The translations under genes and the position numbers were made by a program. A stretch of DNA of 64,000 bases, from positions 26,039,899-26,103,898 of the forward strand of contig OZ316891.1 in NCBI GenBank assembly GCA_973895155.1, given 5' to 3'. Below the pieces are notes generated by a model, which made no database searches, was not told where the DNA came from, and saw nothing but the letters and a program-made list of their open reading frames with translations. This DNA comes from Marsupella aquatica. Lineage: Eukaryota; Plantae; Marchantiophyta. This document shows, piece after piece, positions 1 to 12,282 of the stretch; positions within the stretch are counted from its first letter, which is position 1; each line of letters begins with the position of its first letter.

Positions 1-532
1 GGCAAAGATGGGATTTGAGACTAACCCTACAACAGGTTAGTCTACAGTAACTAATTCTGGTGGTATGCTGTAGACTTTGAAAATGGCTAGTAATCATGGT
101 GATCAGCTTAGCACTAGGAGAGCTTTTCCTACCAGCTGATTATTAATCTGATGTTTAGTGAATTCTCATAAAAAGAGATGTTGCGGAACTTTCAAAAGAT
201 TAATCTTAAGAAAGCTTAGAGGAGCTAGAATGAGGTGGTCTATTGTGTACACAATCTCAACGGGAGCACAGCTTTCAGTGTTGAGTGAGAAATAAGAACA
301 TTCCTGTTTTCCCTGGAAAAATGAAGCATTAGATCCGGTTGCGCCAGGCAGAAAGGATTGCAGGCACGCGTCATCATTTCAGGTTAGCCAGGGTGGAATT
401 CCAATGGAAGGAAGCATCCCATTGGATCGTTTGCACTTCAGTCACCAGGGGGGTCGACAGTCTCGTAGGACTGTTCCCTTCAGCGAAAACTGGCTGCCGT
501 AGACAGGAGGAAAGCATTTCCATTCTTGCTCC

Positions 533-706
533 TTTCAGGCTGCCCTAATCACTTAATACTCCTTCCACCCTGCCTGGTTTCCTCCGAAGAAAGCATGGCG
601 CTGGTGGTCATTGGTCCTTAATTTCAGGCTGTCATAATCACTTAATTATCCTTGGTTAATTTCCTCTATCTGGCAGAAGAAAGCATGGCGTTTGTGGTCA
701 CTGGTT
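533..706. repeat. Degenerate ~90-bp tandem duplication upstream of STP
   Basis: tttcaggctg..taatcacttaat...gaagaaagcatggcg..gtggtca.tggt occurs twice (~533 and ~622). Confidence 0.7.
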
Positions 707-1324
707 CGAGACGGCTGCGCCGGAAGCCCATGTGGATGATGGAAGGAGATCGATCGTCCTCCCCCCCCCCCTCAGACTTTCCCTGCCAGATATATCGCAG
801 CATTTCACATGCATTGGTTGTTAGTTTAGGGAAAGATTGGAAGTGGAAAACTGTTATGGAAGAAGATTTCCCAACAGCCTCAGAAAATGCCTCTGTGCGA
901 GGACAAGGTTGGGTATGAACCGAAACCAGGTTCAGGACATTAATTACTCCTCAAAATTAAGGAGTTCATCCAGCCTACCTTGCTCACCACAAGGCAACCT
1001 TGCATATATTGCCAGGAGGGCAGTGGATCACTGACCTTTCTCGATCTTAAACCCAACCTGGATACATGTTGCCCAGGGAAAAAGATGCAGTGGATTGATT
1101 ATCACTTCAGGCAGCCGCGGAGGTTTTCGCAGTATTCCAGTGGCCAATGCAGCTGTATTGTGGGTGTTTTACTCTGAACTCACAAGGGAGAGGGTTGACT
1201 TTAGGGCTTGGTTTAGTTTTGCATGGGTCGTAGATATAACACCAGGCTAAGTACACTTTAGGGTGCAGTTTCACGGCGTGGTGGTAGATCATGGTGAGTT
1301 TGCACTCTCCCAAACTCACTTCGG

Positions 1325-1470
1325 GTTGGCATTACAGTCAGTAGCTCTTTATTTCCGTCCATAGGCAGACACAGTTCGGTTGGCATTACAGTCAGTAGCC
1401 CGTCAGTAGCTCTTTATTTCCGTCAGGCAGACACACTTCCGTTGGCATTACAGTCCCTTGGTTTCCGTCC
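1325..1470. repeat. Three degenerate ~55-60-bp tandem units in the STP proximal promoter
   Basis: gttggcattacagtc occurs at ~1325, ~1379 and ~1441, with tctttatttccgtc and ggcagacaca in the first two units. Confidence 0.75.
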
Positions 1471-1521
1471 ATTGCGTACGCTGGCTTCGAGTATTTAAGA
1501 AGCGTCTCTCCACATTCTCTC

Positions 1522-1525
<4 letters not shown>

Positions 1526-1564
<39 letters not shown>
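1526..1564 (+). repeat. (CT)n microsatellite / pyrimidine patch near the STP transcription start
   Basis: About 18-19 CT units ~35 bp downstream of TATA-like tatttaa (~1492) and upstream of ATG 1721. Confidence 0.9.
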
Positions 1565-1720
1565 GTGTGTGCATCGTAGATCGAGTCGTGAGATATCTGC
1601 AAGTTGCAATTGATACGTCGATCGTTCGATCAGTTCTCTCAGCCCTACATTACTGCCGGAGGGTTTTGATTCTGAAATCATCAGAGTTGTAAGGAAGTTA
1701 TTTGTCGCAGCGGGGTCGAT

Positions 1721-3611
1721 ATGCCAGGTGGAATCGCTGCAACTAATCCGCGGAGCAAGCCATACAATGGCCGCACCACGGTTAATGTGGTCCTTACCAG
1801 TATTATGGCGGCCAGTGCAGGTCTCGTGTTTGGTTACGATATAGGCATCTCGGGTATATATCTCGATTCTCTCTTCTCCTGTCACTTTTGAAAACAAATT
1901 GAACCGGCCATCATGTGTACTTCATATATTGCAGATACAGTATATACTCGATTGTGATCGTTAGCATGCATATATTGTGGTTGTGTTGCTAATGCACATA
2001 TGGTGAATGCGCTCGAATGTATGCAGGCGGAGTGACAGGGATGAACAGTTTTCTGAAGAAGTTCTTCCCCAGGATTCTGGACAGAATAGGAACTGGAAGC
2101 AATTACTGCAAGTTCAATGACCAGAAGCTGCAGGCCTTTACCTCCAGCCTGTACATTTCTGGTCTGGTAGCCACTTTCGCAGCTGGTTACACCTCCCGTA
2201 AATGGGGACGGCTTCTCACTATGAGAATAGCAGCTTTGTGTGTACTAGTGGGCACTGTCCTCTGTGCTGCAGCGCCCGTGCTTCCCGTGTTAATTTTGGG
2301 CCGAATTGTACTGGGTATTGGCGTAGGCTTAGGCAATCAAGCTGTGCCTCTGTACCTATCAGAGATGGCACCCACTAATCTTCGAGGAGGACTGAACATT
2401 CTTTTTCAGCTGGCTGTGACCGTGGGTATCTTTGCAGCAAACCTGGTGAATTACGGAACCAACCAAATCGACGGATGGGGTTGGCGCCTGGCTCTAGGAG
2501 GAGCAGGAGTTCCGGGGATGCTCTTGGGTCTAGGCTCCATTCTCCTCGTCGACACTCCGAACAGCTTGGTTAGCCGAGGTCACTTTGAGGAAGGCAAAAG
2601 AGTGTTGCAGAAGGTCAGAGGAGTGGAGGACGTGGATAATGAGTATGAAGATATTCTTGCAGCCAGTGAACTAGCAAAACAAGTCAAACATCCCTACAGA
2701 AACATTATCAGCAGAAGAAATCGACCACAGCTTGTGATCGCAATGCTGATGCAATTGTTCCAACAATTTACAGGCATCAACGCCATCATGTTTTACGCGC
2801 CTGTGCTTTTTCAGACACTGGGATTTGGATCTAATGCATCTCTTTACTCTGCCGTCATTACTGGAATCGTGAACCTGACATGCACCATAGTGGCGGTGGT
2901 TCTCGTTGACAAAGTGGGGCGAAGGAAACTTCTTCTGGAATCAGGCGGCCAAATGTTTGTTGCAATGGTACGTTCGTGCCCTCATGTTATTCTCTTTTAT
3001 CCGGGCCAGTCCAGTTGAGGGTAGCTAGGGACACTAGCTAGACAAGATCGATATGTCTTCATTGCCAAACCTTCCTTAGATCTGATCTTGACTCAACATT
3101 TATTTGTTTGTCTGTACAGTTGTGTATCGGCGCCATCTTGGGAGCTCAAATGCCTGATAGTGGAAAGCTTTCCCATGGAAGCGCCATAGCAATTGTTTTG
3201 CTCGTCTGTGTGTTCGTTTCCAGCTTTTCCTGGTCATGGGGTCCTTTGGGATGGTTGATTCCCAGTGAGACATTTCCTCTGGAAACGCGATCCGCCGGCC
3301 AAGCAATCACTGTTTCGACAAATCTCTTTTTCACCTTCCTCATAGCCCAGTCTTTCCTATCAATGTTTTGCTCCTTCAAGTATGGCATCTTCCTCTTCTT
3401 CATGGGCTGGATTGTAGTTATGACCTTCTTTGTGATATTCTTTCTGCCCGAGACCAAGGGAATTCCCATCGAGGAAATGCAGCACCTTTGGGGACGGCAT
3501 TGGTATTGGAAGAGGTACATTCCTGAGGCAGAGGTATTGGAGCAGGAAATGCAGGCTGATAATGATCTCCCCATGAGTCACGTCAGCACAAACACTGGAA
3601 ACCAAGTTTAG
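1721..3611 (+). CDS. STP: Sugar transport protein (MFS hexose/H+ symporter, STP family); exons 1721-1853, 2027-2967, 3120-3611
   Basis: Exon 1 reads MPGGIAATNPRSKPYNGRTTVNVVLTSIMAASAGLVFGYDIGISG. GT..AG introns 1854-2026 and 2968-3119 keep frame. Motifs: NYCKFNDQKLQAFTSSLY, NQAVPLYLSEMAP, FQQFTGINAIMFYAP, WSWGPLGWLIPSE, PETKG. Confidence 0.96.
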
Positions 3612-4552
3612 ATTTCAGATAAGTGTGACGATAGTTCTCAATCTTTTCTATTGTGAACGAGCAGAATGGACGGGTCCATTTTTGTCACAGTACGTAGCAT
3701 GTATCCCTTGATAAGAAGAGGTGGAAACATTGTATGGCTACCTCAGTTTTCAGTAGTAATAATAATCCACTCAAAGCTTTCATTTCCTGGAGCATTTGTC
3801 GGTGTGATTTAAAAGAAAAATACATCGTTCCGGGCTGGCATGATGTTTCAGAAGACTGCGAAGAGACTTAGTGACTTGACTTGACTTGACTATGTGACGC
3901 TACTTGCCATGCATGGTTGTCTATATCGATTCAATATTTAGTGTCATTAAAATTTGTAACATGGCAACACAAACATGTCCGGCTACTTACTATACATTGT
4001 CCAGATCGATTGTTGGCTACTGTATCTGCCCGCTGTAGTTGAATATCTGGCACTAGGGCATTGTGCATTCCATTAGGACCTCTCATAAACAAACAAAAAC
4101 TGGCACCTCACTAGAGGCCGGAGAGGCAGTCCGGAGCACCTCAACAGGGTAGAGACTGGCAACTGGCAATTGTTTTGTAGGGTACCGAAAAATGAGTGGC
4201 CTCATTACACATTGATTCTATTGTGTTTACTCTGAAATCAAGGTCTCTTATAGTCCTGAATGGTAGGTCCTCACAATTGGTGCCTGGTTAAGAGTCATGA
4301 TTGTTATTGTTGTCCTGAACCATAACATGCCCGGGTGCAGTCCAAACAGAAAAATGGACGTATTTGAGACGCCCAATTAGACCTCCGTCAAGTGCCATCA
4401 TGTAGGGTCGTTACCCTTTCATCATTCTTCAAAAATTTGTACACAATATCAAGACAGTGTTCGTTAATTCAGGGTAACTCAAAGTGCTTGGGTAGTCAAG
4501 AATAATATTGCCAACCACTATTCCTAAATAAATATAGAGTACAGAGAGTAGT

Positions 4553-5460
4553 CTGGGGGGGGGGTACGCAACCCTCCCTTCCCCTGGTCTTCGCACTACG
4601 ACGTGCTTCTCCCTATGGGTCCGGAGGTGCGTAAGCACTTACAGACGGGAGACTTACTTTTTCGGCTTTGCGGAAGAAGCGCCGAAAGCCGGAAATGGCT
4701 CGATGATTTCCGTGTACGAAGACTAGAAGGAGGGGGCGGCCAAGTGCCCGAAGGGCTGTAGGGTTCGGGTCTCGTGCCCTTTGGGCCTTTAAACTAAAAA
4801 GTTTCTGCCCGCAGGCTCGTAGTGCTCGACAAAAGGGAGAGGTCACTATATGGAGGGCCATACACCGCGTGCGACATTTTAGGGTGTGACCCCCCTAACT
4901 TATAAATGAAAAATATTTTTTTGCAAAGCCCTTTCTTTCTTTAAATTTTATCATTTTTTATTAAAAAACCCCTAAAAACTTTAAAGAAAGTATTTTTGTA
5001 ATTAAATAGGCCTATGTGTTCTTTAAAGTTGACCAGTCAATAAAATATGCCTTATGTGTTCTTCCACCAAACTTTGGAAGTCTTCCGCCACACCCATTTA
5101 AATGGGCCTATACTTCGTCGCACGTGATGCTCGGGGGTTTTACTTCCACAAAAATGGCATATCACGTGCGACGAAGGATAGGGTCATTTTATTGGTTGTA
5201 AGGGAAGACTTAAGAATTTTTGTAGAAGAACAATAGGGTCTTTTAAATTCAATTTTGAGACTTATAAGAACATTAGGGCCTTTTTAATCCAATTTTTTGA
5301 ATATTCCAAGAATATTCCAAGTTTATAGGGTTTTAAAAAAAAATTTACATTTTAGGGGGTCCAAGGCCTAAAAACGTCGCAGGTGATGGGGAGGTCCCCA
5401 TGTAGTGAGACCCCTGAGACGTGATGTGCCACTTCCGTGGAAGTGACCCCCCCCCCCCAG
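4553..5460. mobile_element. Non-autonomous TIR DNA transposon (~908 bp) with 8-bp TSD, hAT-like by TSD length
   Basis: Begins CT(G)10 and ends (C)12AG. AGAGTAGT flanks it at 4545-4552 and 5461-5468. Internal 5129-5418 recurs inverted at 24142-24439. Confidence 0.8.
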
Positions 5461-7459
5461 AGAGTAGTGAACCTGGCACTACATTGTTCACTATAATGGG
5501 TCTTCATCTTAGTTGGAATTACTGTAGTGTTTGTCTTAACTACAATCGGGACTTCAATTTGAGAGTAGGGTAGATTTGAATAGAAAATAACACTAATTGT
5601 GGTGGGTTTAAGGGCAAAGTTTATTTCAAGTTGGAATTCTGATCCACCAACAAGAGCAATTCACATCCAAGTGTCCTATTCATGATTTGTGTTACCATTG
5701 TTTGGCATGTAGTGTACGTAGCCCTGCTAAGGCTTTCATTGTCCCCTAGCTGTAAGCAGCTAGGCTCCCTCACAGGGCCTTTGAATGTTGGGCCCCATTT
5801 TCTCGTGCATTTTCTCATGAGAAAACAAGCCCTTGTTTCCTGTGAGAATGTGATCGATGCCCAATGTGGGGGACCTCGCTCCCCCAGCTACTCATGACCT
5901 TGCTACCCCACCCCTGCCACTCCCTGCATCGGCGCTTCATCTTGCAGCCAGCTTGATCTCCATGCTGCAAGGTTGACTCTGGTTTGAGTGAAGGGAAGGG
6001 GGCCGCTTGATTCAAATGCAAACACGTCTTGGACCGTTGGAGGACCCATAGTTAACCAGGGTGGTTAACCAACACGGAGTCTGGAAAACAGTTGCATTTT
6101 AGGTACAACAAACTAAAAAAATGTGGCACGTTGTAATATATATTTGGGACTAAAAAGGTGGCAGTCTAAGGAAAGCCGGATAATAATAAACAAATCCTGC
6201 CATTTTCCATTCATTTAATTTTCAGTTTATGAAATGCACTTTAAGAAGGAACTCATTGTGGCAGTTGGATTTAAATAATAAATTATAAAGGGGAAATCCT
6301 ATATTGAAGCATAGCTAGACTCGGGCACTGACATCCATAAAAATACTCCAATCTCAAAGTCCTTTGAAATTGAGTGTTTAGATGGCATTGTGACCAAGAA
6401 AGAAAATATAACTAGCTAGGCCCAGCAATAAGTAACAACATTTGGACATAGGCTTACCACCAATCACATGAAGCAAAATGATAGAAAGAGAAGAGTAAAC
6501 ATTATTTAGAGTTCTGAGTTGAAGAAATATTATTTCTAGAAAAGAAAAAGAGTAAAGTGTTTTGACAGGAGAACATTTTTTCTTATTTTTCTATTCTTTG
6601 TATGAAGTATTGAACATTTCCAATTGACCCTCCTACATTCTTTTTTGCAACAACATCATTTACAAATGACACTATGACCCAAGAATGAAATGGCCAACAC
6701 AATCAATTTGCAGCAAGGATCAATTGATTGCAACAATGAAATTACTGTACTTAAGGACAATCGGCAATGCAAAGGCAATGAGCTCCTTGTGGTATGAAGA
6801 TTAGTCAAGCATGTCAACACATGCCAAGTGTGGTAGTACATTGTACTCTACTTTTTTATGTGCATTTATTTGCTTTTGGATGTGCACACAAACAGACAAT
6901 CTCCCTTAGTTACCAAAATTAGGCAAAGCTCAAACTTTTGGCAATCAAGTTGTATACAGTAGCGGAAAATACAAAACCCTAAGTCCAAGGGGGTTCTTGG
7001 TAGAGTTGAAGTCACCTTTCATTGAGTTCATTTGAGGCTTGATTTGAGGGCAATGTGCAAGTGAAAGTCCTTGACGTTTGGGGCCATCAACATTCCCAAA
7101 TATGCCACCTGAAAGCCTATTTTTCTTCAATCTTTAGAAGAAGTGTGTCACTTTTTGTCTAGTTATCGCATCAAAGGTCGGGACATCAACTAGGGCCACA
7201 AAGTTTCCAGCCCTTGCCGTTGGAAACCCTCAATACCAGTTGACTGCCTGGATGGGGTGTGGCATGAAAGTCTTGCTCATTCATATGTTGCCATCAGTCA
7301 AGTCATGCAAGGTCCTCCAAAAAGCGGCCCTTACCAGCTCAGAAATGTAGGTCAAATGTGTTGCCTCAAACCTTCACACATCAGCACAGATAATTAGGTC
7401 AACATGTGTAAAGATTGGTTTGTTTTATGTGAGACTAGCTCAATACCCGTGTGTTGCAC

Positions 7460-7940
7460 AAAAGATGTCGTTAAGAAAAAAGATGTTGTGTTGCCAAAGA
7501 GATATATAGTCAAGAAAAAAGATGTGAGTCATGTTGCCAAAGATGTTGCTAAGAAAAAAGATGTCGTTGCCAAAGATGTGGTTATGTGAAAGATGTTATC
7601 AAGTAAGAAGATATCATTAAGAACTATGATGTCATGTTGCCAAAGGTGTCGTGAAGAAAAAATGTTCTTAGGTGAAAAATGTGGTGAAGTAAGAAAATGT
7701 CATCAAGTAAAAAGATGTCGTTGCTCCAAAGATGTCTTCATGTCCAAGATGTCATTAGGTAAAAGGTGATGTTCACCAAAGATGTTATTAAGTACAAAAT
7801 GGTTGATAAGTAAATGGATGTCGTTAGACAAAGATGTAAATTGTGAAGTAAAAGATGTTCTTAAGTACAAAATATTGCTAGTAAACCATGTTAAGTTAAG
7901 TAAAAAAGTTGTCAAATAAACGATGTACGTTGTTGCCACT
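7460..7940. repeat. Low-complexity array of AAAGATGT-type motifs
   Basis: Dozens of irregularly spaced aagatgt(c/t/g) motifs; these produce the spurious KKKDVV ORF. Confidence 0.8.
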
Positions 7941-7949
7941 TTTTGTCAC

Positions 7950-8420
7950 TCCTTGCATCCTGAAGCCCCGTTGATAACCCCAAAGTTTTGTTACTCTAAG
8001 CTTTTTACTTAAAGTTACCATGCCCGTTACCATGGCCGCCCCAATGCTGAGCGGGATGCCAAGACCCCTTGGGATAATGGCACGTACAGCTTGGCTGACT
8101 TTTCAACAACGTTTCTTCCCTACCCCTTGCATCCTAGAACCCCAATGGTAACCCCAACTTTTTGGTTATTGTAAGCTTAGTTTTGCTTTTAAAAGCGAGT
8201 TAAAAAGTTGACTGTGGCCGTTTACTTGGCTTTGTCCACCCCAATGCCAATTCCCCTTGGGGCAACGGCACGTACGGCTCAGCCCACTTTTCAACAAAAC
8301 ACTTTGTCTACCCCTTGCATGGAACCCCTTTGGTAACCTCATCCAAGTTTACTCGGCTCCTTACTTGCCAATACCATGCCCCCTTGGGGTGGTGTGGTTT
8401 GCAACACTTTCCAACATTGG
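7950..8420. repeat. Three degenerate ~180-bp tandem units (probable TE subterminal region)
   Basis: ccttgcat...accc...g.taacc recurs at ~7951, ~8125 and ~8313; ggcacgtac.gct occurs twice. Confidence 0.55.
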
Positions 8421-9068
8421 AGTACCTGCCACCCCCTGACAAACTTTGGTCCCAATATTTTGGCCCCCACCATATGTCTCTTCTTGTGCTAAACAAAGTG
8501 GCAAGACATAACAACAACTGAGGGGTTGTTGGGGAGTTGGAACCCGGGGCAAGATTGAGTTATGGTTGGGGATGGGACCTTGGGGTCTCAGGTTTCATTC
8601 CACCTCGGGATGTTGGGTTTTGCATTATTTTTTGAACATTAACTTTTTTGTTTTTAGCCAGTGTGGCAAATGTTAGCCTCTCAAAAGTAGGAGATGCTAG
8701 GAGTATTCTTCAACAAATTTTCCTAAATTATATCCTCGTTGTCAGATATCCCTAGATTTACGTACAACCATTAGATTTTGGCAAATGGGGTCCATGATTT
8801 GGTGGGAGAGTGGCAAATGGTATGCAAAGAATCTAGCAAAGTTTTGGCAAAAGTGGCGGGAAAAGTGGTGAACGCATTTTGGGAAGGTGGAATTTGGCAA
8901 AAGTTTGCACCTAAAAAATAAGTTGTTTGGATCCAGGCGAGGGCCAGGGTAGTCTCAGGAGTCATTGTCGCTTCCTTGTCACTTTCCCTAATAGTCTCAT
9001 TGCTCTCCCTCTAGTGGCCATTCTGTAGTTGTTGTTGCTTAAAAGCCCTCATAAAATGCCAGGAGCCC

Positions 9069-9256
9069 CTTATGAGCTCACATAGGCTTGGAGTAGAGAG
9101 CTCCAAATTCCAAAGGGAAAGAAGCTACGCTCCTCCCTCTCTCTTAAAAGTAATACTCTGCCGGTACAACTATACCTCTTTACAGACCTTATAGGACCTC
9201 TATCCCCTTTGTACCTTGTACCTGCCTTGGGCTCCCAAGGGTATTGAGCTCATAAG
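9069..9256. mobile_element. Small inverted-repeat element (possible MITE relic)
   Basis: cttatgagctca.ata..cttggag at left is the imperfect reverse complement of ctcccaagggtattgagctcataag at right. Confidence 0.4.
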
Positions 9257-9690
9257 TCTGTACCTGCAGGTACATCCATACTTGTCTTGTGCATCCTTGT
9301 GTAACTGCCTTGTGCACCAGATACCCGGCCGGGTTTAATTATTCACCTCCCTTTTTTTTCTTCCTTTCTCTTATTGGTTCCATATTTACAGGTTTCAATT
9401 TTTCTTACCCTAAAGGTCACTCCAAATTTGAATGATGACCACGCCCCTTTTTGGCGCAACTGTGTATTATAGTCTAGGATTCAATGGTCAGGACGAGAAG
9501 GGCTGCAAACGTTGCGGCCCTTTCCCTCAAAAGTCCTCAACTATTACTGTGAGGACTGGCTGACAAGGGGGGTGAGGCAGGAAAGACTTGTGTAGTGCAA
9601 AGATGCCACCTGAACATTGAATTAAAAGGCCAATTTTCTCAAGACCAGCATATCCAAGACAGCCCTAAGTTTCCCATAAACCCTAAGCAA

Positions 9691-10343
9691 CAGCTTATTA
9701 CTAACCTGTCCTCCGAACTGACCAGATTTACTAACTACTCCCAAACACTAAATTATTTGTCAAGGGCTCCCCATTTTGTATATTGGGTTATGCTAACCTT
9801 AGGAGGTAACCTAAGGTTGGCCCTCATTGGTGCAATGCCATTGATGTGGCAAGGCACTAGCTACTTCCCGCATATGACCTCAAAAGCGCCTTATGTTGGG
9901 CTGCTCTCCAGCCCCCCATCGTAGACTGGGTTGTCGAGGCTTTGCAGGCCCAAAGCCCGCCCTTGCTTGCCTGATGGCCTGTGTCCAATCAAACCAGGTT
10001 TACCCATTGCCGGCAGTTGTCAGGCTGGTGGGGTGGATGTCGGGCTTTGAAGGGTTGTCAGGCCTGCAAGGCCTCAAAAACCCAATTTGCAATGGGGGGA
10101 GGAGAGCGCCCCGACAAAGGGTGACTGTAGACCAGGCGAGAGACAGAGCGGGAGACCAGGGTAACATGGGGCCAGTAGCGCCTCACCACATGGCATTGGA
10201 CCAATGAGATCCGACCTTGGGTTATCTCCTAAAAGGGTTAGGGTAACCCAATGTACAAATTGGGGTCCATTTGACATTTAATCTAGTTTTGGGGAGTAGT
10301 CGATAAAGTGGATCAGTTTGGGGGACAGGTTAGTAAAAAGCTG
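9691..10343. mobile_element. Foldback MITE with ~270-bp imperfect inverted arms (Mutator-like)
   Basis: Left cagcttattactaacctgtcctccgaactga pairs with right tcagtttgggggacaggttagtaaaaagctg, and pairing continues inward to ~9960/~10050. taaaccctaa lies at 9677-9686 and 10344-10353. Confidence 0.8.
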
Positions 10344-10482
10344 TAAACCCTAAACCCCGAGTTTAGGCCTGAGCGGCTGTCCATCTCTCTTACAGTGAAG
10401 CATCATATTGTGAAGGTCGGCTCAAATGCCTGATGTCTTCTCGATTCCCATAATGGTGTCTTTTACCTTCCGTGAGCTTCCT

Positions 10483-10690
10483 GAAGATTCATTTCATCTT
10501 GCCTGTGGATGCAGAAATCTTCTCTGCTGTCTCTCCTTGAGAAAAGCTGGACTCGTATTCGCAGAGGATTCATTTCATCTTTCCTGTGGATGCAGAAACC
10601 TTCTCTGTTCTCTATCCGTGAGCTTTGCTGGAATCGTGCTCGCAGAGGATCCAATTTATCTTTCCTGTGGACGCAGAAATGTTCTCTCTG
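10483..10690. repeat. 81-bp tandem repeat, ~2.6 copies
   Basis: ga(a/g)gat.ca.tt.atctt.cctgtgga.gcagaaa starts at 10483, 10564 and 10645. Confidence 0.9.
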
Positions 10691-11061
10691 AGAAAAGAAC
10701 GACGTGCACATGCTCATTGTGAAAACATGATTGCTGTAGAGAGCGGGGTGGGAGGGTTCTATGGAGGCTTTGGAGACAGAGGAAGCTTTTGCAGGCCGGG
10801 GCGGTGGTGTGTATCGGAATGATGGGGCTCTTCTGAAGAAGCGATTGGTAATGTCCCATCGCAATTCCCCGTCTGCCTTCTGCCTGTAATGATGGACTCT
10901 CAGATGGGTGACTCTTTTGTTACCATCATTCTGTTGAGATGTTGCACCGTATCGAAGGAGCACGTTTGAATCGATTTGCTATGTGCTTCCTGGGTCTTTT
11001 GCATTACTTCTATCCCTGGCGGAAGTCTGTGATTAGAGTAACGGCAGCTTTGCTATCAATG

Positions 11062-11213
11062 AGGGCTCGCGGTATCTGGAACTGGGCACTGCTCTCTTTG
11101 AGGGCAGGATTGATCAGTTCCTCGATGTCGAGCCGACATCAAAGCACGGGCTATTGCGACATGGATTGGAGGATCAAGTCTCCTTAAGCCATTACTGAAG
11201 CCGGTTGACATAT
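11062..11213 (+). ncRNA. Intronic box H/ACA snoRNA, predicted guide for two 18S rRNA pseudouridines
   Basis: Hairpin 1 stems ggctcg/cgagcc and ggaactg/cagttcc; H box ACATCA 11136-11141; hairpin 2 stems ggct/agcc, atgg/ccat and ggag/ctcc; ACA 11208-11210. Pocket 1 (cggtatct + tcg) fits 18S CGA-UC-AGAUACCG, 14 nt from the H box. Pocket 2 (ttgcgac + tact) fits 18S AGUA-UG-GUCGCAA, 15 nt from ACA. Confidence 0.85.
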
Positions 11214-12282
11214 GAATAGAGAATTAGGTCTGCAGAGGAGGTTCTTTGAGCAAAGCTCCCATTCTATCTGGGTGCATTTTTGCATGATCGCAACGCAAGC
11301 AATCGTTCCGTGCAACGCAGTTGTAAGAGCATGCGATTTCACCCGTACCCGCTCGAGTTCCCACTCTACCGATCTTTGGCAATCTCTTCCGGGAGGGGAG
11401 GGTTCTCATCGCTACCCTGACCGAAACACGATAGGAATCTCCCATAAGGTGCCTGGAAGACATCGTGAATTCAATGTATCCAGCTCGGTCCATCAGGGCT
11501 CCGAAGAGAGACCTTTCCGTGCTGCGGAACTGTGCTGCAGTCATTGGGATAGAAGCCGTTAGCTCAACTGGAAGAGTCGTAGTGAAGCCTTCTGTGACCT
11601 TCGGTTTAGCTAGTCTGTGATTGTCCAATGCATTTTTATGAAAGTGTCTTCGTATCTTCGGGTGTTCCGTCTTCAAAGCACCTCAACTGGTTTGGATTCG
11701 TTGTGGATGTTTCAGAATGAGGAATGTTCTCGCATGGCTGTGGAGGAGAGGCAGTGGCGTCGATGACTAATGGAAAGGTTCCTTACTTCAATGCCGCCAT
11801 ATACCTCCAAAATAAGACCCACATTGGGAAAGTGGAAGAGATGGTCTTATCAAGGATGCGGTGAGTGTCTCAACGTACCCCAGTTATCAGTGATGCCTTT
11901 GGCAGTCGTTCAAATTCTCGGTTCCATGCCTGATGTCTAGACAAGGTATCATGACGATGCAGGCACCTTTATTCATTCGAAGTCTTGTGGTTGGCAGTTT
12001 TTTGCCCTGAAGATGGAGGATGGCACTATCGTAACCCCTTACAGTGCGGGAGCTAAATTCTACATCGATCCCAATACACTTCTCTCTCTACAAAGATTTC
12101 TTCCTCAACCCAAGTACGTCTCTCTGCCTTAACGATGTAGATCTGTTGCAATTCGTTAATATTAAGTAGGCGACTTCTCTGCGCCTGCTACCCGTCTAGA
12201 GCATGTACGGAACATCCCCCAACCCGCACCTTCTTTGTGACGATATCTTAGTAAGAGTGGCCGTCCTATTCTCGAGGTTTTG

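Noticed and set aside
7404-7589. KKKDVV-repeat ORF
   Set aside because: Translation of a low-complexity AAAGATGT array.
11125-11145. GAGCCGACATC as a C/D antisense element to 25S GAUGUCGGCUC
   Set aside because: No proper box C; the bases are better explained as the lower stem plus H box of the H/ACA RNA.
11224-11676. 150-aa minus-strand ORF
   Set aside because: Lies antisense within Gar1 intron 1, has a non-ATG start and no recognisable motif.
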